A stretch of 64,000 nt of DNA, taken from NCBI GenBank assembly GCA_951406725.2, contig OX597815.1, positions 162,564,001 to 162,628,000 on the forward strand, written 5' to 3'. Positions 13,330-25,948 of this stretch are shown piece by piece (position 1 is the stretch's first letter; each line of letters opens with the position of its first letter). The DNA comes from Octopus vulgaris (lineage: Eukaryota). The position numbers and the translations under genes were made by a program. The notes under the pieces were generated by a model. That model had not been told where the DNA came from. It saw only the letters and a list, made by a program, of their open reading frames with translations, and searched no databases.

Positions 13330-13625
13330 TACAGAATCAGTAGCTGTTCTTTTGCACTTACTGTTGGCCACCGACCAGTGAAGATGCAACTTCTGTGTTC
13401 CTCATGCTTGTCCTGGATGGGACACTGTACTTAGAATCCCAGGCGCATAAAGAAAACGTGAGCAGTGCAAGTCTAGAGCCAACTCCTTGCGTTCCTTCGT
13501 AGCAGACCACCAGTTCCCGACCGTGGCAGCATCTTCCGAGTACGCAAGGGCCTGATCGGCCACACCCTGATGTACTCTAACCTATCTTCTCCCATGCGAT
13601 GTCCTAATCATCGACTTCGACGGAC
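13330..13625 (-). mobile_element. degenerate RTE LINE C-terminal fragment
   Basis: Translates RRSR*LGHRMGEDRL, resembling the RTE LRWLGHV.RM..DRL motif. Confidence 0.4.
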
Positions 13626-13629
13626 GAAC

Positions 13630-13663
<34 letters not shown>

Positions 13664-14034
13664 TAGTTTTATTTTTATTTTTATAGCGTGCTTTCACTTC
13701 ACTCAGCTAAAGTGTTGATACCTATTATCTTGTTTTTAGCATTGAGCTCTGTGTTTAGTATTGATCTAACTCGTCTATAATATTCTTTTTTTTTTTTTTT
13801 TTTTTTTTTTTATTATTATTATTATTATTCGACTTTGCCATTCATCCTTTTGGAGTCGATAAAGTACCAGTGAAACACTGGGGTCGATGTAATCGACTAG
13901 TCTCCTCGTCCCAAATTTCAGGCCTTGTGCCTTAAGTAGAAAGGATTATTATTGTTATTATTAGTAGTAGTAGTAATAGTACATTGGGATGTTGTAAATG
14001 TGTATGAGTGAAGGTGATTATTTTTTAATATATT

Positions 14035-14240
14035 TGTTTCTTTATTACCCACAAAGGGCTAAACATAGAGGGGACAAACAAGGACAGACAAACGGATTAA
14101 GTCGATTACATCGACCCCAATGCATAACTGGTACTTAATTTATCGACCCCGAAAGGATGAAAGGCAAAGTCGACCTCAGCGGAGTTTGAACTCAGAACGT
14201 AGCGACGGGCGAAATACCACGAAGCACTTCACCCGGCGTA
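14035..14240 (-). mobile_element. SINE family A (5'-truncated)
   Basis: Matches the full copy at 37741-37972. Confidence 0.8.
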
Positions 14241-14749
14241 AAGGGACTAGGGATTGTAGCACCAGACTATACATTATATAACCTAGTGGTAGAGCCAATC
14301 AGGAAGAGAGTATCAGCTTTGGTATTTACCAGGAAATCCATCACTAAAAAGCAAAACAAAAAAAAACTATTCTGTATTAAAGATTTGTGTTTTTTTAATA
14401 GTGACAAGTTCAAAAAACACAATTCTAGATGATAAAGGGATGATATAGTTGTGTGTGTATGTAGCAGTGAATTGCCTAACACATCAATAAAAACAGCCTT
14501 CCTCGTCCAGTGAGTTTGCTGTTACATGATGATGTTATTCTATTTTAATGTATATTACCAGGGTGTCCGGCTTGACTAACCATGCAAGTACCAGTTTTTG
14601 TTTACATGTATTGGTGACCTGTGGGTGTCTGTGTACAACATGTTATGATGCATCGTGCACAGTTTTATTGTCTTGATAGTTTATTGTAGTTTTTGTTGAG
14701 ATACTGGAGTAGTGCAAGTATAGTCCATGGATTTTGTGCACAGAGTGAT

Positions 14750-14975
14750 TGGGCTAAATTTGACGACTATTCATGTCTCCTGTTTTCAGGAGTAGCTTGA
14801 TGTATTGGTGACCAGTCAACTGTGCTAGAGAGCATAAAAACTACAAGTTGCTGATATAGAGGACTTGAAGCCATCTGAATATTGAAAGAGAATAACCTGT
14901 ATCATGATGATTTGCCCTGGGTATCAAAATACTGACATCAATGACTGCTGCTCAATGCTTGGTGAACTCTGAAAA
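14750..14975 (+). repeat. old duplicated exon-like block, copy 1 (partner 27540-27990)
   Basis: GCTAAATTTGA...TTTTCAG|GAGTAGCTT...CAGTCAAC...GAGGACT.GAAGCCAT.TGAATAT...TGACTGCTGCTCAATGCT shared with partner. Confidence 0.8.
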
Positions 14976-15006
14976 GACTAAAAGATGTGACTTGGACAGC
15001 TGCAAT

Positions 15007-15810
15007 CATCATCATCATCATCATTTAATGTCTGTTGTCCATACTGGCATGGGTTGGATGGTTTGACCAGGGCTGGTAAGCTAGAAGACTGCGCCAGACT
15101 CCCAGTCTGATTCAGCATAGTTTTCTACAGCTGGATGCCCTTCCTAACACCAACCACTCTGAGTGTGTAATGGGTGCTTTTACATGCCACTGGCACGGGT
15201 GACAGCAGTATCTGCCGCAATTGCAATTTTGCTCAGCTTGATGGGTTTTCTTCTCAAGCACAAGGTCTCAGTCATTGCCTCCATGAGGCCCAACACTCGA
15301 AAGGAACTCAACCACTTCACCTCTGTGAGGCCCAATGCTTGAAAGGAACTTAGCTACATTGCCTCCGTGAGGCCCAACACTCGAAAGGTGCTCTTTACAT
15401 GCCACTGGCACGGATGCCAGTTACGTGACACCAGCAGCAGCCATGACTACAATTTCACTTGGCTTGATGGGTTTTCTCAAGCACAGCATATCACCAAATT
15501 TTCTGTCACTAGTTATTACCTCTGAGGCTCAAAGTTCGAAGGTCATGCTTCACCACTTTGTCCCATATCTTCCTGGGTCTAACTCTACCACAGGTTCCCT
15601 CCACAGTAAGAGAGCAGCACTTTTTTACACAGCTCTCCCCGTCCATATACACCACATGACCACACCAGCACATTCGTTCCTCTTGCACACCACATCTGAT
15701 GCCTCTTATGACTAACTTTTCTCTCAAGATGCTTACACTCTGTCAAACATGCACACTGACATTACACATCCAGTGAAGCATACTGGCTTCATTTCTTTCA
15801 AGCCTTCACA
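15007..15810 (-). mobile_element. 5'-truncated RTE-clade LINE (ORF2 C-terminus, 3' UTR, (GAT)n tail)
   Basis: ORF 15509-15727: EERMCWCGHVVYMDGESCVKKC...VEGTCGRVRPRKIWDKVVKHDL = RTE WFGHV.RM...RGRPRKTW motif. Confidence 0.85.
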
Positions 15811-15829
15811 TGTCCTTGGCTATCATAGA

Positions 15830-17099
15830 GACTACAAATCTGTGACCAGCAAGAAGGAACACATCAGGCATTCTTACTGTGTCTGCATGCCAGAATTCAT
15901 CCAACAACTGCAGGACAAGGTGATAGAAGATCTGAGCCAGAGAACTGAGGCTTTGGTGAAAGAGATGGGTGTTGGAGTTGCTACCATGTAGCTGGCCCTG
16001 AATGAGGACCTTCACTACCATTCATACAAAAGGTGCAAGTGACAAATTCTAACAGCCAAGGCCAAGGAGAATCTCTTGATGAGGGGAAAGCAGCTCTTGA
16101 ACAATCTCCTGTTGAGCTGGAGATAATCTCTCTTTACTCTCTCTTTTACTTGTTTCAGTCATTTGACTGTGGCCATGCTGGAGCACCGCCTTTAGTCGAG
16201 TAAATCAACCCCAGGACATATTTTTTGTAAGCCTAGTACTTATTCTATCGGTCTCTTTTGCCAAACCGCTAAGTTACGCAGATGTAAGCACACTAGCATC
16301 GGTTGTCAAGCGATGTTGGGGGGGGGGACAAACACAGACACACAAACATATACACACACATATATATGTATATACATATATACAACGGGCTTCTTTCAGT
16401 TTCTGTCTACCAAATCCACTCACAAGGCTTTGGTCGGCCGAGACTATAGTAGAAGACACTTGCCCAAGGTGCCACGCAGTGGGACTGAACCCAGAACCAT
16501 GTGGTTGGTAAGCGGAAAACCCCAGAACAGATGGCTTGCCATCCGTATCATGTCCCACATGTCATAGAAACCAAGTTCCTCAAAACTGTGATGGCCTTTG
16601 GGTATGTCTCTAGTGAAGGTGACATCATGTCACCCTGCATCTTTTAGAACAAGTCCTTAGGCTCAATTCAGATGGCTATGTGAAGCTGCTGGCAACTGTG
16701 ATAAAACTCTGGCTTGAGAAGGTTGCTACTAGAAAGTCATTATGTGGCAGCAGGTTTCGGCTCCTTGCCATACTTCCAGATAGTGTCAAAAGTGGTTGTT
16801 GGAGAATTTCTAGCCTCCTAATTCCTCTAGTTGTAATCCCTTGAATATGTGAGGCACAGTTGATTGAGAAAGACAACAATCACTCTACCAGCAACACCAA
16901 GGTCAAGCTGGTGACCAAGACAAAGGAAATGACTGAAGATCTTTCTAGGGACACAGTGAAGAAATCACGTGCCAAGTTCTGGATTTGTCTTGAGGCCATG
17001 GCGGAAGCTGAGGGTGGCTACTTTAAGTTAACTCGGCCATAATCTAGTTGATCTTTTTTAAATATTTGAAATACTTTTATTTCTAGCCCAAACACCTTG
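15830..17099 (+). pseudogene. degenerate Tc1/mariner transposase, maT (DD37D-like) group, interrupted by a SINE
   Basis: PEFIQQLQDKVIEDL...LALNEDLHYHSYKR; NRWLA; TVMAFGYVSSEGDIM; WQQVSAPCHTS; PPNSS.CNPL; LEAMAEAEGGYF; ends AACACCTTG-TA. Confidence 0.85.
16130..16510 (-). mobile_element. SINE family B with internal (CA)/(TA) microsatellite
   Basis: TTGTTTCAGTCATTTGACTGTGGCCATGCTGGAGCACC...GACACTTGCCCAAGGTGCCAC; several copies in window. Confidence 0.85.
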
Positions 17100-17469
17100 T
17101 ATATCATTGTTGTTTCCTTTTGCCAAATTTGGTGCTTGTCTGTGCTTGAGAAGACATGTCAAGTTAAGTAAAATTGCGGTTGTCCTTGCATACAGACATG
17201 TTTCCTACATCCTTCTTCAGCTGAGTGATTCTAATCTTGCAGGTATTGTGGGTGCTGATGCCACATAAAAGCACCTATGCCAGTGCTGTGTAAAGGCACC
17301 CAGTGCTCTCTGTAAAGTGGTTGGCATTAGGAAGGGCATCCAGCCATAGAAACCACACCAAAACAGATTTGGAGCCTGGGGAACTGTTCATCTAGTCAGC
17401 TCCAGTCAAACCATCCAACCCATGCCAGCATAGAAAACAGACATTAAATGATGATGATGATTTGCTATG

Positions 17470-17690
17470 GCTTCTGTGGAACAGGTGTATATCACTCCTA
17501 GTATTTTTGTCTTCTGTGTATATGGTATGTTGATATTTTTGATTTTGAGTGTTAGTTTCATTTGGTCTCTAATGTTATTGTTAAGAAGAAAGATAATATA
17601 CTTCATAGGGCACTATTTGATGTGGAGCCAGATTTCTTGGTAATTTAAGTATGGTTGGAGAGTTCTGTGTGAAGAATGATAGAAGGTTGT
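17470..17690 (-). mobile_element. LINE reverse-transcriptase remnant
   Basis: LTLKIKNINIPYTQKTKILGVIY resembles the post-RT L.I....IP.....KILGV motif. Confidence 0.5.
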
Positions 17691-18554
17691 GAGTTTGTTA
17701 TCTCTGTATCTATAAACGGCAAAATGTCTATGTGTCCTTTATACAAATCCACAGTTTTTCACGTAAAAGGCTCACATTTTCTATGGGCTTTCAAAACTGT
17801 CTGAGGGTGGTCGTGAAGATCTTTTCATTTCCTCAGTCACCCCATTAAAAAAATCGATAAACCGACTCTTTATGCCCATAAGTTATTGGCATATCCATTC
17901 AAAATCGCTAAAACAGTGTGTGCATACAGCTAGATACGCCAATAGACTGCCAGCTGTTTTTTGGTTGACATTTATCAACACATAAAAATCTTGACCCTTG
18001 AGTCACTCTCTTGCTTCTGCCAAATATCATAAAGAATATATATACTCATATTTTGAGTTCTATTTTTCTTGTTTACATCACAAAACCTATATATAATAGA
18101 CTTTCATTAGTTTCTATCTCAAATTCACTGCCAAAGCTTTGGTTGGCCTGGAGCTTTCAAAGAAGACATTTGATCACGATGCCACACAGTGGAACTGAAC
18201 CTGAAACCATGTGGTTGCGAAGCAAACATCTTGCCACACAGCCATGCCTTAAATTTTCATAAGGCTTTTAAAAATTATTAGATTTTAGTCTGATTCCCAG
18301 ATTCTGAGAATTTGACAGTGTCAGTATGAGTTGTTGATGTTAGTGGAGTGCTTTGATTCCTTCTGGCTTTAAGTGTTTTAGTTTGTGTTTGTGATGTTCT
18401 TGATTCTAAAGCATTTGAATTTTTATATTTCCTATTGCTTTTGGTGGACAAGGAGCTCAAAATCAAGGTCTAGGTGGATAGTGTACAGTTTTCATTTTGT
18501 GTTCCTATCTTGTTTGTGTGATTTTGGTGGCAGAATTTTGAGAGATGTACTATT

Positions 18555-18764
18555 CTTTTATTTGTTTCAGTCATTTGATTGCAGCCATGCTGGAGCACTG
18601 CCTTTAGTCGAACAAATCGACACCAGGACTTATTCTTTGTAAGCCTTGTACTTATTCTATCTGCCTCTTTTGGTGAACCGCTAAGTTACGGGAACGTAAA
18701 CACACCAACATTAGTTGTCAAGTGATAGTGGGGGAACAAACACAGACACACAAATACATACGTG

Positions 18765-18814
<50 letters not shown>

Positions 18815-18978
18815 CAAGCTTCTTTCAGTTTCTGTCTACCAAATCAACTCACAAGGCTTTGGTCAGCCCGAGGCTACAGTAGAAAGTAGAAGACACTTGC
18901 CCAAGGTGCCACACTGGGAATGAACCTGGAACCATGTGGTTGGGAAGCAAGCTTTTTACCACACAGCCATGCCTGTGC
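18555..18978 (-). mobile_element. SINE family B
   Basis: Full-length match to family B including the tRNA-like head. Confidence 0.85.
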
Positions 18979-21165
18979 CTATGAAGGTAATCTTTTAATT
19001 ACCAGTGCAATCCATCTGATGGGTTTTCACACAATTTCTGTGTGCCCAATACCATTTACAAGGATTTGTTTAACCCTAAGCTACAGTAAAAGACAACTTG
19101 CCTAAGGTGACACATAGTAAGCTTGAACCTGGTATCTCAGGATTTTAAGGTCATTTTAATCATTCAGTCATATTATGTACATAAACACGCACACACATGT
19201 GCACTTAAAAACATGAAGTATAAACAAAATAATTTGTAAAGCAATATTTTTGATCGTAAAAGGATGAAAAGCAAACTCAACCTCTTCTATGCCTTTTACA
19301 TATTTGATGCTTCTTAGGAATATCAAATCCATGACAGTGTAACCTAAAATTAAATGTTTTGGTCAGTATTGACTCAGGCCTTGTCTAACTTAACACTATC
19401 TGGTAAAAAAAGAAATACCAAGTGTCGCCTTTAAGTTAGATATAGCTTGGGCCAGTGCTAACTGAAACCTAAGTGTCATTTACCCAGTCAACTACTTCTA
19501 ATGATTTAATATTTCTATAAACCATTCTAAATGTGAATGGAATTTTAATAAATGAAACTGTTTGCTTCCCATCCATCTGGTATCAAAAATGAGTTCACCA
19601 ATTCTCTAAGAATGAAAGGAAAAGTTGACTTTGGGATTTGAACTCATAATGTAAAGGGTAGTAACTAACTACCACTAGGTATTTTGTCTGAAGCTTTATT
19701 AATTCTTCAAACTGTCATTAAAAGAATGAGGGAGCTTCTATATAGTCACTCAACCTGATAGAAAAGCAGCCAAATTCCTTCAGATCACAACCTACCTTTT
19801 AAAATATGAAAAGACATGGGAACTGTAGTCTCAGATGTATAAAAATAAGAAAGACAGACTAATCTTGGCTGGAACTGCTTTGATCACAGGCTGACTGAGG
19901 GGTTAAACAACAACAACACAAGCCTAACTTTTTTTTTTTCTTAAACCACCCACACCTGTGAGAACTGAACATCAAAAACTATAGCTAATCAATAATCAAA
20001 TTTAACTTTTTATGTATTTACTCCACCCCCACTGTAGATTAGTCCTGATTAAGAAGACCTATGATTACTCTGTGTCTTTCTAGATATATCATGTCTCAAG
20101 AATTTAGAAAAGTCCAGATTTTTATTTTTGTACATTGTGATATTATAGCTATGAGGTTTACTTTCATTTTCATTCTCTTGGTTGTAAGTGAACATAAAGT
20201 ACAGGAGTTGATGTGACCAGCTGTAAGCTTTAGCTTTGTGGCCTGAGGCCTCTGTCATAATTCCTAAATAGAGCAATAAATTACTAGGATCACTTGAATC
20301 ATTGTTGGTCTTTAGAATTATTATAATTGTACCTGAAGGCATGTAGCCTTGTGGTTCAGGTGTTGCACTCATAATTGTATGATCATGGTTTCAATTCCCA
20401 GACCAGCACTGTGTCTTTGAACAAAACACTTTATTTCATATTTCCCTAGTCCACTCAGCTGGAAATGGGTAACCATGTGACAGACTTGCATTCAGTTCAG
20501 AGGGAATGCTGGCCTGCCTGCTTAGCCAACAGGATGGCATCATGTGGAAGCTACAACAATGCAAGGAATCACATTGTGATCAGTGATGTGTACCAATATC
20601 TGATAGTCTGGTTATTACAGTGGTACAGTAATGATTGTGCCTAGTTTCCAAATTATTAGTTGTAGTTTGAATTATTTGAGTTGTTTTCATGGCTTCATAA
20701 ACATTTTCTTGCACTGTATGCTATATGGTGGCTTAAGTATTTGTCTTTATTATTAGCCTATTATCTTGCAGTCTAGTTCTCTGGTTCTTTCACTAATATA
20801 GTAACTTGGTCGTCATGTCAATTAAGCTGATAAGAAAATTATGTTCATCTTGTAGATACTACTTCAATTTTAAATTAATAGAATGGTTTGAATCAAAGAA
20901 TTAACAGTCAACTGTACTTTTACCTAACATGCCAAAATTTTTTTTTTGTTTCTGACCTAAAGTGCTTAGTGACTGAAGTTGATGTGTTAGCCCAAAACTA
21001 ATGTCAGATTTGGAATCAGTGCCCTGAAATTAGCCTAATGTGTTATTTACCTTTGGAAAAATGATATCGCGGCAGCCAATGTTATTGGCAGAAGTAGGAG
21101 GGTGTTGTGTGAAATGTATTGTAGGGTATTGTTATATTGCATTTCAATAATAATAATAATAATAA

Positions 21166-21657
21166 TGGATGAAAAGGGGAAAACAAAAATCCTCTGGGAC
21201 TGCGACTCCCAGACAGACAAGTTGTTAGAATACCGAAGGCCATATATAGTAACCTTTAGGAGGGACAAACAAGAGTGCCTAATAATTAACATGGTGGTGC
21301 CAGGAGATCAACATATTATCCTGAAAGAAAGAAAAAAGATTGATAAATATGGAGATCTGAGAATTGAGATCGCTCAGATGTGGCAGCTACAAGAATCAAA
21401 CATAAGGTTGTCCCTGTTGTCATTGGAGCATTGGGTTCAATACCACCCAATCTGAAAAAACATCTGGAAATTATAGAAATACCCTACCATCTAGGTGTAT
21501 TGCAAAAATCAGCATTACTTGAAACTGCATGCATATTGCATGAAGTAGTTTCTGCCTGAGGTCCTTGTTGTGAGTTGGCCTACAGTACAAACCCCCAGTA
21601 AACACAATATCTTCAATCAACAACATCACAACATTGGATTCAGTGTGACGTCTTGAA
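21166..21657 (+). mobile_element. 5'-truncated Dong/R4-clade LINE (restriction-like endonuclease) in a (TAA)n target
   Basis: KILWDCDSQTDK...RRPYIV...CLIINMVVPGD...KKIDKYGDLRIEIAQMW, frameshift, VVPVVIGALG...LQKSALLETA; (TAA)n on both sides. Confidence 0.9.
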
Positions 21658-23296
21658 TAATAATAATAATAATAATAATAACCACCACTGCCGCTTTCTT
21701 CTTCTTCCTCCCCTTCCCTCCTCCTCCTCCTCTTCATCATCCCGCCCGTCCTCCTAGTCCTCTTCCTCATCCCGTCTGCCCTTCCCTCCCCCTCCTCCTC
21801 CTTATCCCCCCTCCATCCATCCATCATCATCACCACCATAATTTACTGTCCATGCTGATATTGGTTGGATGGGTTGACAGGACCTACATCAAGCTCCAGT
21901 GTCTGCTTTAGCAGGGTTTCTATTGCTGGATGCCCTTCCTAATGCCAGTCACTTTACAGAGTGTACTAAGTGCTTTTTTTTCTTTTTGCATCTCCAGCAC
22001 TACTGGGGGGTCATTACACAGCTTGCAAGACTACAGACCTTGAGGGAGGTTGGTCAGCTTTAAGCAAGGGGATGAGAGTTTAGAGTATGAGAGAAGAGAA
22101 AAGTGGTAGGTAGTACATGGTCTTGTAGAAGAGCTGTGTGATTTTTCACATTTAGTAGTGAAGGGAGAAGAATGATCAGCTGGAACTGCAAAGGGATAGA
22201 TATTAGAGATGAGATGTTCAGGTTACCCCTCAAGGTCCAAGGTGGGTAGATATGGGTGGGTTGGGTTTTGCAAGATTAGTGAAGGTGAGGAGATGAGAAG
22301 ACAGCCTGCAACTGTAAAAAAAGATAAAAGTTGTGTGGGGTTAAAGTGTGATGGGTCATATGTTAGGGAAGAGAGAGGGATGCAATAGGGAGTTGTTGGG
22401 GAGAGTGACAGGACAGTAATGATACATCTGAAAGGGGAATAACAAGAGGGAGGGAAAGAGGATATGGTGAGGTAGGCTGCAGAAGTGGAGTGGGGGGGAT
22501 AAGTAGGAATTTCAACCATATTTCATGATCTGCTACCACAACAGCTCCTTTATAGGATCCAGTTAGCTCAAGACATTATCAGAAGGAACCACGTCTGGTT
22601 TCAGCTCCTACTCCTCTACTGTTTTGATGTGGCGGGCCCCACCACTTTTGGAGGTGTCTTCAGCTCTGGTGTTGGGTGCATGTCTTCTTTCTTCTGTTCC
22701 CTGGCCTCTTCAATATAGCATCAACGAGTGTCAGTGGGCAACTGACTGTCTTGTCAAATTTCCCTTTAAATACCTGCTGCTAGGCTCCAGCAGGCAGCCC
22801 CAGCAAATTGTCATGTGACTCTGTCTTTATATGTTCTGAGTTCAAACTCTGCTGAGATCAACTTTGCTTTACATCCTTTCAGGGTCAACAAAATAAGTAC
22901 CAGTCAAACACTGGGGTTGGTATAATCAACTTAGCCTCTCCCCAAAATTGCTGACTTTGTGCCCAAATTTGAAAATTTAAAATTTTTATTTATGAAATTT
23001 TTATTTCTACCCTCTGAGGTTGTTGAAATAAATACCAATTAAGCACCAAAGTTTCAATTTAATTGGCTTAACTTTTCCATAGAATTTATAGCCTTCTCCC
23101 TAAATTGAAAAAGATTGTTATTTTATAGGGTAGTCATACTTTTGCTTCCTTAAAAAAAAAAATTTGAAAGCTTTTTTCTTGTCTAGTTCTTGAAATTGAT
23201 AACATTTCAATTAGAATCCCCATTAACTGGTGATAGATCATTTTAAATGCATGAAGAATTTTTTCACCATTTCTACAATACATTTAGAGATTTTAT

Positions 23297-23700
23297 GCTG
23301 CACAGACTCGAAAAATTGACTGTTATAAAAATCTCCTCAAGGAATGGGAAGATGCAGGCTGGAAAGCAGAGCATCTAAATAAAGTTGGATGTGAAGGATT
23401 CATCAGACATGATGTGAGAGTATTGTTATTGTTAGTAGGACTAACTCATTATAAAGCAAATACCATCATCAGTGATATCTAGACTATAGTGGAGATGGTA
23501 AGTCACTGGATTTGGATAAAAAGAGATGATGAACAATGGCTAGAAGAATATTGAGTGAAACCTAGTAACCAGTTGATCAAGTAAGCAGGGCTTCTTCTCA
23601 GTGAAGGAGCTGGTGTGCAATAATACTGTCGAGGGAAAGGCCCCAAAATGACACACATTCTTTCCTGCTGACCCCATAAGCTTGCTAGCATCTGTTATGC
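23297..23700 (+). mobile_element. Hero-like (RLE) LINE 3' end
   Basis: AAQTRKIDCYKNLLKEWEDAGWKAEHLNKVGCEGF...VSHWIWIKRDDEQW* (to 23554) matches the GW....EVGCRGF...WIW.KR signature. Confidence 0.75.
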
Positions 23701-23712
23701 ATCTGCAAGTTC

Positions 23713-24298
23713 TTATTTCTTTATTGCCCACAAGGAGCTAAACATAGAGGGGACAAACAAGGACACAGAAAGGGATTAAGTCGATTACATCAACCCAGTT
23801 TGTAACTGGTACTTAATTTATCGACCCCCGAAAGAATGAAAGGCAAAGTCAACCATGGCGGAATTTGAACTCAGAACGTAGTGACAGACGAAATACCTAT
23901 TTCTTTACTACCCACAAGGGGCTAAACACAGAGAGGACAAACGGATTAAGTTGATTATATCGACCCCAGTGCGTAACTGGTACTTATTTAATTGACCCCG
24001 AAAAGATGAAAGGCAAAGTCGACCTTAGCGGAATTTGAACTCAGAATGTAGTGGCAGACGAAATACCTATTTCTTTATTACCCACAAGGGGCTAAACACA
24101 GAGCGGACAAACAAGGACAGACATAGGTATTAAGTCGATTACATCGACCCCAGTGTGTAACTGGTACTTAATTTATCGACCCCGAAAGGATGAAAGGCAA
24201 AGTCGACCTCGGCGGAATTTGAACTCACAACGTAACGCAGACGAAATACCGCTAAGCATTTCGCCCGGCGTGCTAACGTTTCTGCCAGCTCACCGCCT
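23713..24298 (-). repeat. three head-to-tail SINE family A units
   Basis: Units of ~170-185 bp joined at GACGAAATACCTATTTCTTTA; one complete head at ~24298. Confidence 0.9.
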
Positions 24299-24479
24299 TC
24301 TGCAAGTTGTTAGCCAAGAACCATATCAAAGAATTGGTAATGATTTTTTAAGAAAGAATACTGCAAGTGGGCAAATTTCATCCCCAAATTTGAGTCTTCT
24401 CTTTAAAATAGTGTGTGTATATGTATGCCTGTGCATGCAAGTGTGCGTGTGAATGTACTGAACTGCTGCTTATCCTTAA

Positions 24480-24701
24480 CCCTTTAGCATTCAGATTATT
24501 CTGTCAAATGTAATGCTTAGTTATTCACATTGATTTTGAATTCATCCTGCATTATCTTGTAGCTTTCATATTTCATTGACATGACTGTTTATGTTTAGAA
24601 TGACAATTGTTGGGTAGGTGCGAGAAGCCAGATCTGGCCAGTCTGAACATAAAACAAGATGAACGTTTCAGCTGGAGATGACCAGTTTAAATGCTAAAGG
24701 G
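24480..24701. mobile_element. piggyBac-type MITE
   Basis: Perfect 12-bp TIR CCCTTTAGCATT/AATGCTAAAGGG with TTAA TSD. Confidence 0.9.
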
Positions 24702-25099
24702 TTAAACACAAATATTTGATACCAACTTATTGGTTTCCCAGCACCTTCCACACACAGGCCACCATAGAGCAAATAAATATATTTTGGCTCACTTCAAGCA
24801 TGAAGTCAATACAAGGATGGAATAAAAATGGTGTTTATGTATTGCAGCCTATAAATATAAATACTATAAAATATTAAACATTAACAAATTACTTCTTTAT
24901 TCAACAAATCAATCGTAATTTTCAAAAATTTATTTTTAGAATTTCAGTCGGTATTTTCTCACAGTTTTGAAATATAATTTTATTTTTACTGTGCAACAAG
25001 CTTTATCTTATGGCAATTATGTACTGGTGCATCATAGAGATATCATTATGCTACAGTAATGGTCATACAAACTGGACGCTCCACTCATCTAACCTACCC

Positions 25100-25948
25100 A
25101 TATTGTATACAAGCTGATGTAACATATAGTGCGAACATGTATTGTAAACATTCAAACATCTTTCCTATCTTTCCAAATCCTGCTGCATTTCACATGGAAT
25201 TTTTCATCTTCCAAAACTGTCTTGGTGTTTAGCTGTAAATTTTGGTCAGAAAAATTCGACTTGTATGCTGGAAAATAAGGTATATTGTCTTGTATATATT
25301 GTCTTCAGTAGAGGTATATAATCTTGGGAACAGATATCTAGTCTTGTGTATATAGTCATGAGGGTATATATAACTTCTGTAAATCTCATCTTGAATTCAC
25401 CTCTTCAAACAGGTATACCATATTTTCCAGAATGCACATTGACATAGTATATAGTGTAAACATAGTGTAAGCATTCAAACATTGCCACTATCTTTCCAAA
25501 TCTTGCTTTATTTCACATGGAATTTTTCGTTCTCCAAAGTCATTTCAGTGTAGAAGTCAACTTAATTTTGAGGGGTGTAAATTTTGATCTGAAAAATTTG
25601 ATTTATATGCTGGAAAATAAGATATATAGTCTTGTGCATATTGTCTTTGGAGAGGTATATAGTCTTGTGTACATAATCTTGGGTGCAGATATATATAGTC
25701 TTGTATATATAATCATGAGTGTAGATATAAATTCTGTAAATTCTCATCTTGTATTCACCTCTTCAAACAGGTATACCATATTTTCCAGAATAAACATTGA
25801 TTTAGTATATAGTGATAACATGTAGTGTAAACATTTAAACATTGTCATTATCTTTCCAAATCCTGCTGCATTTCACATGGAATTTCCAGTTCTCCAAAGT
25901 AAATTTTTAGGTCTGAAAATTTTGATTTATATGTTAGAAAATATGGTA
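25100..25948. repeat. tandem array (~2.5 x 330-360 bp) of a Tc2/pogo-like MITE plus flank
   Basis: TA-CCATATTTTCCAG...TGCTGGAAAATAAGG-TA termini repeat together with the spacer TTCACCTCTTCAAACAGG. Confidence 0.8.
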
